Assembly: GCA_947447665.1 (NCBI GenBank)
Contig: CANFJX010000007.1
Coordinates: 87,441-151,440 of the forward strand
From: Bacteriovoracaceae bacterium
Lineage (GTDB): Bacteria > Bdellovibrionota > UBA1018
Reading direction: 5' to 3'
DNA: 64,000 nt
This document shows, piece after piece, positions 1 through 9,478 of this stretch. The notes under the pieces are model-generated. The model was not told the DNA's origin and searched no databases. It was given only the letters and a program-made list of their open reading frames with translations. Position numbers and translations under genes: made by a program. Numbering within the stretch: the first letter of the stretch is position 1; every line of letters starts with the position of its first letter.

Positions 1-825
1 AATGCGCAGATAGGCCTCTGCCGGCCTGGAGATTTTGGTCCCGACGTGTGCCATCTTAACCTTCATAAAACATTTTGTATTCCTCACGGTGGCGGTGGTC
101 CAGGAATGGGCCCCATCTGTGTCGCGAAGCATCTGGTCGAATTTCTTCCTACCCATCCAGTGACTCCTGTGGGAGCGGCCAGCGGAATTGGTCCTGTATC
201 GGCCGCTGCATGGGGGAGTGCGAGCATTCTGCCAATTTCCTGGATGTACATTAGGATGATGGGGGCTGAAGGGCTTAAATTTGCGACTGAGGTTGCCATT
301 CTAAACGCCAATTACATTGCAGCTCGCTTGAGTCCACATTTTCCCGTGCTTTATCGTGGCAAGACCGGCTGGGTAGCTCACGAATGTATCTTTGACCTGA
401 GAAAGTTTAAGGAAACAGCAAATATTGAGGTTGAGGATGTAGCTAAGAGACTCATGGATTACGGCTTTCATGCACCGACGGTATCGTTTCCAGTTGCAGG
501 AACGATCATGGTTGAGCCCACTGAGAGTGAGTCGAAGTTAGAATTGGACCGATTTTGTGAGGCTATGATCTCAATTCGAAAAGAAATCGAGGAAATCGAA
601 AAAGGCCAAGCGGATCGGCAAAATAATTTGCTTAAAAACGCTCCCCATACGGCTCGTCACGTGACTCAGACTGAGTGGTCCCGTCCCTATTCCCGAGAAC
701 GGGCGGTTTTTCCAATGGACGGAAACCGGGAGAATAAGTTCTGGCCCTCAGTAGGTAGAATTAATAATGTTCTAGGAGACCGCAATCTGATTTGCTCATG
801 TCCCCCAATGGAATCCTATGAGTAG
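1..825 (+). CDS. gcvP: Glycine dehydrogenase (decarboxylating), P protein; 5'-truncated by window edge
   Basis: Frame open from base 1 ([35 protein letters not shown] with the PLP lysine); [13 protein letters not shown] and EPTESE motifs; C-terminal [10 protein letters not shown]. Confidence 0.97.
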   Translation, partial: NAQIGLCRPGDFGPDVCHLNLHKTFCIPHGGGGPGMGPICVAKHLVEFLPTHPVTPVGAASGIGPVSAAAWGSASILPISWMYIRMMGAEGLKFATEVAILNANYIAARLSPHFPVLYRGKTGWVAHECIFDLRKFKETANIEVEDVAKRLMDYGFHAPTVSFPVAGTIMVEPTESESKLELDRFCEAMISIRKEIEEIEKGQADRQNNLLKNAPHTARHVTQTEWSRPYSRERAVFPMDGNRENKFWPSVGRINNVLGDRNLICSCPPMESYE

Positions 826-849
826 TGTATAAGAATTCTGAACAGGACT

Positions 850-1236
850 CTACTTCAGCGTCTCAACGTAGTGGCTATAAGAATCCGAACTCATCAAACC
901 CTCAGTTGAGTTCGGATCTAAAATCTCTAGTTTAATCATCCAAGCGCTTTGATGAGGATCCTGATTAGCGAGACCTGGCTGGTCGACCAATGCCTGATTG
1001 ACCTCGATAACCTTGCCTGCAAAGGGCGAATAGAGGTCAGAGACGGCTTTGATACTTTCTACAACACCAAAGGTTTCGCCTGTCTTTAGGACTCTCCCGA
1101 TCTTAGGAAGTTCAACGAAAACTACATCACCCAAGGCGCTCTGAGCATGATGAGTAATTCCTACGATGGCATGATTCCCCTCGATACGCGCCCATTCGTG
1201 GTCTTTGGTGTATTTCAGTTCTTCCGGGTATTTCAT
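850..1236 (-). CDS. gcvH: Glycine cleavage system H protein
   Basis: KYTKDHEW start and lipoyl motif VESIKAVSD; start moved to ATG 1236, which has an AAGGAG SD. Confidence 0.96.
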   Translation of the reverse strand: MKYPEELKYTKDHEWARIEGNHAIVGITHHAQSALGDVVFVELPKIGRVLKTGETFGVVESIKAVSDLYSPFAGKVIEVNQALVDQPGLANQDPHQSAWMIKLEILDPNSTEGLMSSDSYSHYVETLK

Positions 1237-1249
1237 TTCTAATCTCCTT

Positions 1250-2365
1250 CTATGATGTTCGACGGTAAAAGGGTGTGGGAGTAACTTCTGCAGGAACTCG
1301 GGAGCCACGAATATCGACGCAAATACGAGTTCCTGCCTTCGCATAGGTCGGCTCAATGTAGCCGACCCCAATAGCCTGCTTTAATGATGGGGAAAGGGTC
1401 CCGCTGGTTAGCTCTCCAATTTTCAGCTCGCCATTCTCCGTATAGAGAGAGTAGCCGTGACGTGGAATTCCCTTTCCAATCATCTGAATTCCGACTAACT
1501 GACGGGAAATTCCAGATTCTTTGATTTGCATGAGGGCTGCCCGACCGATGAAATCTTGCTTTTGGAGCTTTACTACCCAGCCTAGCCCAGCTTCGAGGGG
1601 ATTAGTTAATTCAGAGAGCTCATTTCCATAGAGAGGGTATTTCATCTCCAGTCGCAAAGTGTCTCGTGCTCCGAGTCCGCAGGGCTTCATTCCTAGAGGT
1701 GATCCGGCGTCAAGGAGAGCTCTCCAAAGCTCTGGCCCGCGATCCCAGGGGACGTAAAGCTCAAAGCCGTCCTCACCGGTGTAGCCAGTTCGGGCAATGA
1801 GGGCTGGAATGGTTTGGCCTAGCATACCTTCTATAAACCAATACGTGCGGATACCCTCGATGGGTTGATCGCTGAGCTTCGAAACGATCTCGGCAGCTTT
1901 GGGCCCCTGAATTGCAATCTGTGTAAACTTTGAGCTTACATGGGTGATTTGGAGATCACCCATGGACTTATCAAAACGCCTCTGAACGGCAAGAAGGTGC
2001 TGAAAGTCCTTTTCGGTGTTGCTGGCATTGACGACCAAAAGAAACCGATCGGATGCTCTTCGATAAATGACCAGATCATCAATGATGCCTCCGTGATCGA
2101 GGCACATGACCGTATACTGCGCTTGGCCTACTGCTAGTTTAGAGACGTCGTTGGTGACGAGGAAGTTTAAGTAGCTTTCGGCCCCCGAGCCTTCGACTTG
2201 AATCTCGCCCATATGGCTGACATCAAAAAGCCCAGCAGTGCTTCGGCAGGCCAGGTGCTCGTCAATCACTCCAGAATATTGAACAGGTAATTCCCAGCCG
2301 CCGAAATCGACTAGTCTTCCGTTCAGTTTTTGATGCTCTGAATAAAGTGCCGTTCTATTTAACAT
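1250..2365 (-). CDS. gcvT: Aminomethyltransferase (glycine cleavage T protein)
   Basis: GLFDVSHMGE, RTGYTGEDGFE and GARDTLRLE motifs. Confidence 0.97.
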   Translation of the reverse strand: MLNRTALYSEHQKLNGRLVDFGGWELPVQYSGVIDEHLACRSTAGLFDVSHMGEIQVEGSGAESYLNFLVTNDVSKLAVGQAQYTVMCLDHGGIIDDLVIYRRASDRFLLVVNASNTEKDFQHLLAVQRRFDKSMGDLQITHVSSKFTQIAIQGPKAAEIVSKLSDQPIEGIRTYWFIEGMLGQTIPALIARTGYTGEDGFELYVPWDRGPELWRALLDAGSPLGMKPCGLGARDTLRLEMKYPLYGNELSELTNPLEAGLGWVVKLQKQDFIGRAALMQIKESGISRQLVGIQMIGKGIPRHGYSLYTENGELKIGELTSGTLSPSLKQAIGVGYIEPTYAKAGTRICVDIRGSRVPAEVTPTPFYRRTS

Positions 2366-2408
2366 AATTCTAGCATTACACCCATCATTCGGCAGAGTCT
2401 TCTAAAAA

Positions 2409-3287
2409 TTATTCCGCTGAGATCAGTAGGGACGAGTTTTTATTTTCGCGGCGCTCAGCTGCTAGAATTGTATTTTGCATCAGAATTGAAAGTGTCATCG
2501 GACCCACACCTCCCGGCACAGGGGTCATTGCCGAGGCAATCTGAGCAACCTCGTCAAAGCGAACGTCTCCGGTGAGCCTGCCGTCTTGAGTTCTGTGGAT
2601 TCCGACGTCAATTACGGTGGCGCCTGGCTGAACGTAGCTTGCGTCGATGAGACCTGGGCGTCCTGCCGCAACGACGAGAATGGACGCTTGTCGGGTGAGT
2701 TCCTTGAGGTTCTGGGTTTTGCTGTGACACTGAATGACGGTTGCGTCTGACTGAAGCAAGAGTGCTGCCATAGGTTTGCCTACGATTGAGCTTCTTCCAA
2801 TGACACATACTAAACGACCGCTGACTGATATTTTATAAAACGAAAGCAGCTCCATTACTCCCGCAGGTGTGCAGGGTCGAAAGGTGGGAAGTCCTAAAAG
2901 GAGCTCTCCCGCATGAACGGGGTGGAATGCGTCGACATCTTTATCGGGTGAGATCCAGTAAAGGACTTCTTCTTCGCGAAATGTTTTCGGGAGCGGGCGC
3001 TGGATGAGAATTCCATCGATTTTCGGATCGTCATTTAGATTTCTTACACGATCTCGCACGAGTTCTGGGTTCACATCCATTGGAAATGAAATGGTTTCAT
3101 GATCCATTCCCAGAAGACTGGATAATTCTCCCTTGCGCTGCGTGTAAATGCGACTGGCGGTATCATCGCCTACGAGAATGACGGAGATTTTAGGCAGCCT
3201 GCCATAATTCAGCTTGAAGCGACTGACCCTTTGTTTGACTTCTTTTTGAATTTTTTCAGCCACAGGCTTAGCAAAGAGTTGTATCAT
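2409..3287 (-). CDS. folD: Bifunctional methylenetetrahydrofolate dehydrogenase/cyclohydrolase
   Basis: KDVDAFHP, PCTPAG, GRSSIVGKP and TPVPGGVGPMT motifs; start placed at ATG 3287. Confidence 0.95.
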   Translation of the reverse strand: MIQLFAKPVAEKIQKEVKQRVSRFKLNYGRLPKISVILVGDDTASRIYTQRKGELSSLLGMDHETISFPMDVNPELVRDRVRNLNDDPKIDGILIQRPLPKTFREEEVLYWISPDKDVDAFHPVHAGELLLGLPTFRPCTPAGVMELLSFYKISVSGRLVCVIGRSSIVGKPMAALLLQSDATVIQCHSKTQNLKELTRQASILVVAAGRPGLIDASYVQPGATVIDVGIHRTQDGRLTGDVRFDEVAQIASAMTPVPGGVGPMTLSILMQNTILAAERRENKNSSLLISAE

Positions 3288-3516
3288 ACTTGCACTTTTT
3301 AAGATCACGAAACCTAGGTTGAGGTCAAGCAGCAACGGGCGGCTCGGTAATTTTTGCCTAGCAAAAATGAGAGCAAACCTCAGTCGAAGTAGGATTCTCT
3401 AGGAAAAAAATTCCCTACTCAAAAAAAACTCAAATATATTTAGTTTTTATTTAGATATGACGATGGCTTTAGTTTATTCTTAATTTATATAAACCTATTT
3501 TGTTTGGAGGTTGGTT

Positions 3517-4353
3517 TTGGCAAGTGGAATGTGGACTGCAGCGGCAGGTGCAGCAGTACAGTCTCAGAATTTAGACCTAATTGCTAGTAATTTGGCAAAT
3601 GCCGACACCAATGCGTTTAAAAAGGATTTGCCTACTTTCAAAGAATATCTTGCCTCCGTCGAGCGAGACAAGGCAGCTCAAGACATTCCTCGTGGGCCAA
3701 TCAAAGATCGGGAGTTGTATCCAATTGACGGAAGGGATCAGTCATTTGTGGTCTTAGACGGGACTCATACGAGTCATAAGCAGGGTCACCTGCGAGTTAC
3801 GCATGATCCGTTGGACGTGGCAATGGACGGGCCCGGTTTTTTGGAGGTTAGCACACCCTCGGGTATCCGTTACACGCGGGACGGTGCCCTACGAGTCGCT
3901 GTTGATGGACGGCTAGTAACCCGAGATGGATATCCTGTTCTTGCCCAAGAGTCTCCGGGACTCAACAATCGTTTGCCAGGCGCCGCCTCCGCGGGTCCTG
4001 CTGGAAGGTTTATTAATCTGAAAGACGCTGGCAGTCCATTGACGATCAATGATCAGGGCGAGATCTATGCCTCTGAGGATCTAGTCTCGAAGCTCAGCGT
4101 GGTGGAATTTGGTAATGTCAATGCTCTGCGGAAAGTGGGAGGCCAACTCTTTGAAGCCACCCGCGGGACCGCTGGCGATCCTTCTAAACAGACCATGGTC
4201 CGGCAGGGCTTTCTAGAAGCATCGAATGTGAATCCGATTGAAGAGATGACCAATATGATTAAGGCGAATCGCCTTTTTGAGCACGATTTGAAGGCACTCA
4301 GGACCTATGGAGATTTAATGGCCAAAGAAGTCAATGAGGTAGGGAAATTATGA
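3517..4353 (+). CDS. flgF: Flagellar basal-body rod protein FlgF
   Basis: IASNLANADT N-terminus, YTRDG, QGFLEASNVN C-terminus; lies upstream of flgG; TTG start after GGAGG (exact start uncertain). Confidence 0.9.
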   Translation: MASGMWTAAAGAAVQSQNLDLIASNLANADTNAFKKDLPTFKEYLASVERDKAAQDIPRGPIKDRELYPIDGRDQSFVVLDGTHTSHKQGHLRVTHDPLDVAMDGPGFLEVSTPSGIRYTRDGALRVAVDGRLVTRDGYPVLAQESPGLNNRLPGAASAGPAGRFINLKDAGSPLTINDQGEIYASEDLVSKLSVVEFGNVNALRKVGGQLFEATRGTAGDPSKQTMVRQGFLEASNVNPIEEMTNMIKANRLFEHDLKALRTYGDLMAKEVNEVGKL

Positions 4354-5132
4354 TTCGAGCTCTTTCTGCAGCCGCAACCGGGCTAGAAGCCCAACAGACG
4401 AAAATTGAAAATATTGCCAATGATTTGGCGAACGTAAACACGGATGGGTACAAGAGAACTACCACTGAGTTTCAGGACCTCATGTATGAAACCGTCAAGC
4501 AGCCGGGGGGAGCCCTGGGGAGCGGAAGTCAAACTCCTGTTGGGATCCAAATTGGAATGGGTGTGAAGGTCGGTGCTTCCCATAAGCACTTTGAGCCCGG
4601 CCCAGCAAAAATGACCTATAATCCCTACGATCTCATGCTCGAAGGCCCAGGGTTTTTTCAGGTGCAAACTCCTCAAGGGGAAACTGCATTTACGCGAAAC
4701 GGTGCCTATCATGTTGACTCCCAGGGAATCATGCAGCTTTCAAATGGTGCTAAACTGACGCCTCAAATTATTATTCCTCATAACGCGATGAACGTGGCCA
4801 TTTCGACCTCGGGTGAAGTGCGCGCTACGATTCCAGGAACGGGTGATGTGGTGTTAGGGCAAATTCAAGTGGTTGATTTTGCAAACCAACAAGGACTCCT
4901 TGCTATGGGAGAAGGTCTTTATAAGACCACTCAAGCAAGTGGGACGCCGATTCAAGGAATTCCAGGAGAAAATGGACTGGGTCCACTTCAACAAGGAGCC
5001 CTCGAGGGTTCAAATGTCAACGTGGCAAACAGCATGGTCGATATGATTACTACCCAACGAGCCTACGAAATGGGAACTAAAGTCATGGGCGTCGCCGACC
5101 AAATGTTAGCCGCAACCGTCAATGTGAAATAG
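4350..5132 (+). CDS. flgG: Flagellar distal rod protein FlgG
   Basis: IANDLANVNTDGYK, EFQDLMY, QGALEGSNVN and QRAYEM; 260 aa. Confidence 0.95.
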   Translation: MIRALSAAATGLEAQQTKIENIANDLANVNTDGYKRTTTEFQDLMYETVKQPGGALGSGSQTPVGIQIGMGVKVGASHKHFEPGPAKMTYNPYDLMLEGPGFFQVQTPQGETAFTRNGAYHVDSQGIMQLSNGAKLTPQIIIPHNAMNVAISTSGEVRATIPGTGDVVLGQIQVVDFANQQGLLAMGEGLYKTTQASGTPIQGIPGENGLGPLQQGALEGSNVNVANSMVDMITTQRAYEMGTKVMGVADQMLAATVNVK

Positions 5133-5151
5133 GGAGTGTTGGAATTCAAAG

Positions 5152-5865
5152 ATGGAAAGATTCTCTAAAATAATCCAAATCTGCCTGATTTTACTCTTCG
5201 CTTTGCTTATGCCGAGAACTTTGCTTGCCGCTCCGCAGGGTTCTTACGAACGATCTCTGGAAAAAACACTTCGCAGTGAGCTCACGAAAGTCTATCCAGG
5301 CTCTGAAATAGAATTTCAAGGAGGCGTGCGCTGGTTAAGTTCTCCTCCTGTCGAGCGCGCCAAAGGAATTACTCTCCTCGGAGATGACTCTCGAGGGAAT
5401 CTCCGCTTCTCGGTTCACGGAGCAAAGCAAGGGGATTACGCTGAAGGCTCGGTCAACTTTTCTGCTTGGAGCGTGGCCCGGGTTGCAATTAAGCGGATTC
5501 GCCCGGGAGATCTTCTTGATTCGAGTCTTTTTTCTGAGCAGAAAATCAATGTGGCTATAGGAAGCGCTCGAGAATATCGAGGCGTCATTTTGCCGGTCTC
5601 CGCTCCAATTCAACAATTAGAAGCCACTCAGACCGTGATGGAAAACCAGTTTTTGACTTCAAACGCTGTTCGGAGAATTCCTGATGTTCGACGGGGAGAC
5701 GCTTTGCAATTACAGATCGAGTCTGGAGGATTGGTGATTACAACCTCCGGCATCGCTCAGGAGCCGTCCTATATTAGTCGAGTCATTAGGGTTCAGACAC
5801 TAAAAGGGAGAAGAGAGCTCACGGGTCAGCTTTTACCTGGAGGAGTAGTCGAGGTGAAAATCTAA
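5152..5865 (+). CDS. flgA: P-ring formation chaperone FlgA
   Basis: Signal peptide; SAF-like C-terminus (PDVRRGD...G.AQE...IRV); position between flgG and flgH. Confidence 0.85.
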   Translation: MERFSKIIQICLILLFALLMPRTLLAAPQGSYERSLEKTLRSELTKVYPGSEIEFQGGVRWLSSPPVERAKGITLLGDDSRGNLRFSVHGAKQGDYAEGSVNFSAWSVARVAIKRIRPGDLLDSSLFSEQKINVAIGSAREYRGVILPVSAPIQQLEATQTVMENQFLTSNAVRRIPDVRRGDALQLQIESGGLVITTSGIAQEPSYISRVIRVQTLKGRRELTGQLLPGGVVEVKI

Positions 5866-5924
5866 TGCTTTCCCTCACCGCACTTGCTCCGGCTGCTAAA
5901 CGTTCTAAAGCTTACAATCGGGGA

Positions 5925-6914
5925 ATGCCTTGCTTCATTCTATTTTTACTTCTAGCTCTTCCGGCATGTAGTAGCCTACTCAATGGGATGCGCAAAGGCG
6001 CTGATGACTCAGCTACTGATCTCGATGACGGAGACTCGCATCATGAGCCGGATAGTAGGGCAGAGTCTTCGAGTGACCGGAAGCCAGATGGCGTGCGACC
6101 TACTGAGTTGAGTGCTAGCTCTGATCAATCGGATAGCCTTCGCGGCGTTGATGGGGTATCTCGCATTTCATCAAATAATACGCCCATATTTATTCCTAAG
6201 ACTCAGCGGCAGTATAAAAATGGAAATCGTACGACCCGCGAAAATTTTATCGATCAGTCCCAGGACGAAGGCTCTCTCTGGGCTTCGGGGGGACAGACTA
6301 ATTACTTTTTCACGAAAAATCGAGTTAGGAGTCCCGGCGATCTCGTCACCCTGATCTTGGACGACGATCTCTATCGCGATATGATTGTGGAAGCCAAACG
6401 CACACTGAATTACCCTGAAAAAGAAACTGAAATCAATTTGGCACAGGAAAGCCTAACCGCCAAATTTATTGCCGATCGTTTAGCCACGAAAAAAGACGTC
6501 ATCTCAACCTCTGCTGCTGCTCCTGAGGTTCCCTCTGCAGTTGCCGCTCAGGGCCAGGGCGGCCCAACCCCCACCCCTTCTTCTTCTCCAGCGAATGCTG
6601 GGGGTGAAGCAAAGACTAGCTCAGCTGAGTCGCTCAAGGAGCTCGCCAAATTAGCTCCCAAGGCTCGACTGAGCGATATTGATCTCACCAAGTCATTAGA
6701 CCTCAAGGTTGGGGATTCTCTGATGGGGGAGATCCTAGAGCGCTATCCAAATGGGAACTATAAAATCCGGGCAGTTAAAAAAGTATCCTACAAAAACGGC
6801 CCGGCGAGATTCATCAGTGTTGTAGGCATCGTTAAAAATACAGATATTAGTGAAGAAACGGACGGAATTCACTCAGGGAGGCTCTATGAGTATCGAGTTG
6901 AAGTTGCCCACTGA
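5925..6914 (+). CDS. flgH: Divergent flagellar L-ring protein FlgH (lipoprotein)
   Basis: Lipobox LALPAC; GSLW, GDLVTL, YPNGNYKI and GIVKNTDI motifs; lies between flgA and flgI; start 5865 or 5925. Confidence 0.75.
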   Translation: MPCFILFLLLALPACSSLLNGMRKGADDSATDLDDGDSHHEPDSRAESSSDRKPDGVRPTELSASSDQSDSLRGVDGVSRISSNNTPIFIPKTQRQYKNGNRTTRENFIDQSQDEGSLWASGGQTNYFFTKNRVRSPGDLVTLILDDDLYRDMIVEAKRTLNYPEKETEINLAQESLTAKFIADRLATKKDVISTSAAAPEVPSAVAAQGQGGPTPTPSSSPANAGGEAKTSSAESLKELAKLAPKARLSDIDLTKSLDLKVGDSLMGEILERYPNGNYKIRAVKKVSYKNGPARFISVVGIVKNTDISEETDGIHSGRLYEYRVEVAH

Positions 6915-6915
6915 T

Positions 6916-7938
6916 GTGATCCCCGCTAGGGCATCCGTCGCATTGTTGATCCTATTTGGCTTGATGCTGCCTCAGATTGCAGGAGCCGCCAAGATTAAGG
7001 ACATAACGACGGTCAAGGGCGTAAGAGAAAATATACTCATTGGCTACGGCATTGTTGTTGGACTGAAGGGAACAGGGGATTCTAGCACGGACATCACCAG
7101 CCAATCACTCTCGAGACTATTCACCAAGTTAGGTCTAGACATTCAAAATAATGCGAGCGTTAAATCCAAGAATGCGGCGGCTGTAATTGCAACGGCTTCA
7201 TTACCGCCATTTTCGAGAGTGGGCAATAAGCTTGATATCTCGGTCAGCTCCATTGGCGATGCCTCGAGCTTAGAGGGCGGAATGCTCCTGGTCACTCCAC
7301 TGCGCGCGGGTGACCAAAATGTTTATGCCGTGGCTCAAGGACCCGTGAGTATTGGAAGTATGGCGGACGGCTCGTCGAAAAATTTCCCTACCGTGGGTCG
7401 CGTGGTTGCGGGAGCAACGATCGAGAAGGACTTAGATAGCAATTTTGCATCAAAGAAGAATTTTAGGCTCGCTCTGCATCAACCCGATTTTACTACCGCA
7501 GCGCGTATGGTTCTCCTTATTAATGGAGAGCTGGGAGGTAAATACGCAAGTGCAAGAGATAGTGGAACAATTGATGTAGTGGTACCGTTTAATTATGAGG
7601 GAAACACCGTTGAGTTGCTCGCCCTACTCGAAAATATTAATGTGAATGTAGAGTCTCGTGCCAAGATTGTCTTAAATGAGCGCACGGGCACAGTTGTCAT
7701 GGGGGGGGCGATCCAAATTCTCCCGGTGGCACTATCCTACGGAGATTTAGCGATTGAAGTGAAGGGGGCCCCAAAAGGAGCGAAACCAGAGCGTGTAGCT
7801 GAGTTCAAATCTGAGACCAGCGTCTCGGACTTGGTGAAGGCTCTCAATGCTCTGGGGGTCCATCCAAAAGACTTGACTGCAATTTTTCAAAGCTTAAAGC
7901 AGGCCGGGGCACTTCAAGCAGAGTTGGAAATGATGTGA
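6916..7938 (+). CDS. flgI: Flagellar P-ring protein FlgI
   Basis: KIKDI...GVRENILIGYGIVVGLKGTGD, NERTGTVV and GALQAEL; GTG start just after the flgH stop. Confidence 0.95.
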   Translation: MIPARASVALLILFGLMLPQIAGAAKIKDITTVKGVRENILIGYGIVVGLKGTGDSSTDITSQSLSRLFTKLGLDIQNNASVKSKNAAAVIATASLPPFSRVGNKLDISVSSIGDASSLEGGMLLVTPLRAGDQNVYAVAQGPVSIGSMADGSSKNFPTVGRVVAGATIEKDLDSNFASKKNFRLALHQPDFTTAARMVLLINGELGGKYASARDSGTIDVVVPFNYEGNTVELLALLENINVNVESRAKIVLNERTGTVVMGGAIQILPVALSYGDLAIEVKGAPKGAKPERVAEFKSETSVSDLVKALNALGVHPKDLTAIFQSLKQAGALQAELEMM

Positions 7939-8162
7939 TGGAAGAGGCATTGGTTAATAAAAATTTAGACAGTTTTCGCTCAGTGAGTCGGGATCATTGG
8001 AGAATCATGGAGGATGTAGGCGGCTACTTAATCCAGGAAACAGGACAGGATAAACGGCCCGCTAGGATGGTAGGTCACTCAAGTCTTGAATCTGCCGCTC
8101 CGGCATGGATGCTGGTCCAAGTCTCCGAATTCTACAGAAGCGAAAGACGGGGGATGAGATGA
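7938..8162 (+). CDS. Small hypothetical protein inside the flagellar operon
   Basis: Start overlaps the flgI stop (TGATG) and stop overlaps the next ATG (ATGA); no recognisable motif. Confidence 0.5.
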   Translation: MEEALVNKNLDSFRSVSRDHWRIMEDVGGYLIQETGQDKRPARMVGHSSLESAAPAWMLVQVSEFYRSERRGMR

Positions 8163-8569
8163 GTCAGGGAATCAAATTTCAGGGAGCATCTTATCCCCTT
8201 TCGATTCAAAATCGTGATGGCATACGACAAGGGCGAGACGCTCGGTCCGCCCCAACATCGCCCAATCACGCGGTACCGGTGATAGATAGGTCGAAAGTAG
8301 ATCCAAAAATCCTTGAGGCGGCAGAGGGTATGGAGGCAATGTTCATAGATTACATGATGAAAGTCATGCGCGAAACCGTGCCGAAGAATGAAATGGATCT
8401 TGAGTCACCTGCGAGTCAGATTTATCGAGGCATGCAGGACTCGGAATATGCTCAAAAGGCTGCTCACCAGGGTGGTGTCGGATTGGCTGATCAGGTGATT
8501 GCTTATCTGAGTCCATCAGGGTATTCTGAAGTTGGGGGGCGTGCGATTTCCTCCAAGGAGAAACCATGA
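8159..8569 (+). CDS. flgJ: FlgJ-like rod-binding protein (no muramidase domain)
   Basis: EAAEGMEAMFIDYMMKVMRETVP...YRGMQDSEYAQKAA..GGVGLAD rod-binding pattern. Confidence 0.85.
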   Translation: MSQGIKFQGASYPLSIQNRDGIRQGRDARSAPTSPNHAVPVIDRSKVDPKILEAAEGMEAMFIDYMMKVMRETVPKNEMDLESPASQIYRGMQDSEYAQKAAHQGGVGLADQVIAYLSPSGYSEVGGRAISSKEKP

Positions 8570-8931
8570 AGGTAGGTCATTCTGGAAGTAATTCTATTCA
8601 AAATAGTGAAGCAAATTCAGCTAAGCGCGGGGATCGTGCGGTTGATGCCCAGGGAGCTAAGAGAGCTGATCGAAGCGAGAAATCCGAGCGATCGGAAAAG
8701 ACAGATTTACCTTCTAAAGTAGTCACCTCGCAGGGAGCGACGGCCGAGATTTCCACCAAGAGTCGAGAATTCTCTCAGGCTAAAGCTGTTGCCACACAGA
8801 CCCCAGATATTCGAGAAGATCGCGTGTCTGATCTGAAGAAACGAATCGCTGATGGAACCTACCATGTGGATGAGGGGGCCATCGCCGACCGAATGGTTGA
8901 TGATCACTTGAAAGGCCCTGGAATTTTATAG
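8566..8931 (+). CDS. flgM: Anti-sigma28 factor FlgM
   Basis: PDIREDRVSDLKKRIADGTYHVD...IADRM motif. Confidence 0.92.
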   Translation: MKVGHSGSNSIQNSEANSAKRGDRAVDAQGAKRADRSEKSERSEKTDLPSKVVTSQGATAEISTKSREFSQAKAVATQTPDIREDRVSDLKKRIADGTYHVDEGAIADRMVDDHLKGPGIL

Positions 8932-8964
8932 TTTTTGGTCCGAAGCAGTCAGGAGGATTGCGAC

Positions 8965-9477
8965 GTGGAAAAGATTTTGACCGAAATGCTGCACATCCTT
9001 CAGAAGCTTTTGGGCCATCATCGCCAATTGCTTGATATAGTTAGAATTGAGCGCGAGCACTTAGTTCAAGTCAATCATCTCGCAATTCAGACAATAATAG
9101 TCCGTAAGCAAAATGAAATTGAGGCGATCGGACAGATCGAAACTCAGAGAGTTAAACTGGTCTCCGACTTAGGTCAATTACTTGGGAAGTCTCCAACCGA
9201 TTTAACCCTACCCAAGCTCATCATTGAAGTACAGGCCTCGAATCCTAAACTCGCAGAGCAGTTCCGTAGTACTTATAATGCTTTGACTGTATTGATTCAG
9301 CGAATCACTGGTCAAAATCGTGATAATCAAAAGTTGCTACAGCGATCGATCGAAAACATCTACGAAATGAAGAAAAATATTCTCGGGGTAGCCTCTGGAA
9401 ACGCTGGGACCTACTCACAGCAAGGTCAGCGAGTGACGGGCGCATCGCCCCGTCATCTCATCTCAAGGGAGGCCTAA
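8965..9477 (+). CDS. flgN: Flagellar export chaperone FlgN
   Basis: Helical protein with N..N..LL and TYS.QG motifs between flgM and flgK; GTG start after AGGAGG. Confidence 0.85.
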   Translation: MEKILTEMLHILQKLLGHHRQLLDIVRIEREHLVQVNHLAIQTIIVRKQNEIEAIGQIETQRVKLVSDLGQLLGKSPTDLTLPKLIIEVQASNPKLAEQFRSTYNALTVLIQRITGQNRDNQKLLQRSIENIYEMKKNILGVASGNAGTYSQQGQRVTGASPRHLISREA

Positions 9478-9478
9478 G

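Noticed and set aside
1237-1371. N-terminal extension of gcvH in the ORF track (similar extensions for folD, flgI, flgJ, etfB and degP)
   Set aside because: Most overlap the upstream gene or promoter region; downstream starts give family-typical N-termini and usually have SDs
2366-2408. Glycine riboswitch upstream of gcvT
   Set aside because: Only 43 nt of intergenic sequence, with no aptamer motif
7701-7708. G8 run in flgI as a phase-variation tract
   Set aside because: In frame (ATG GGG GGG GCG) and short; no evidence of length variation
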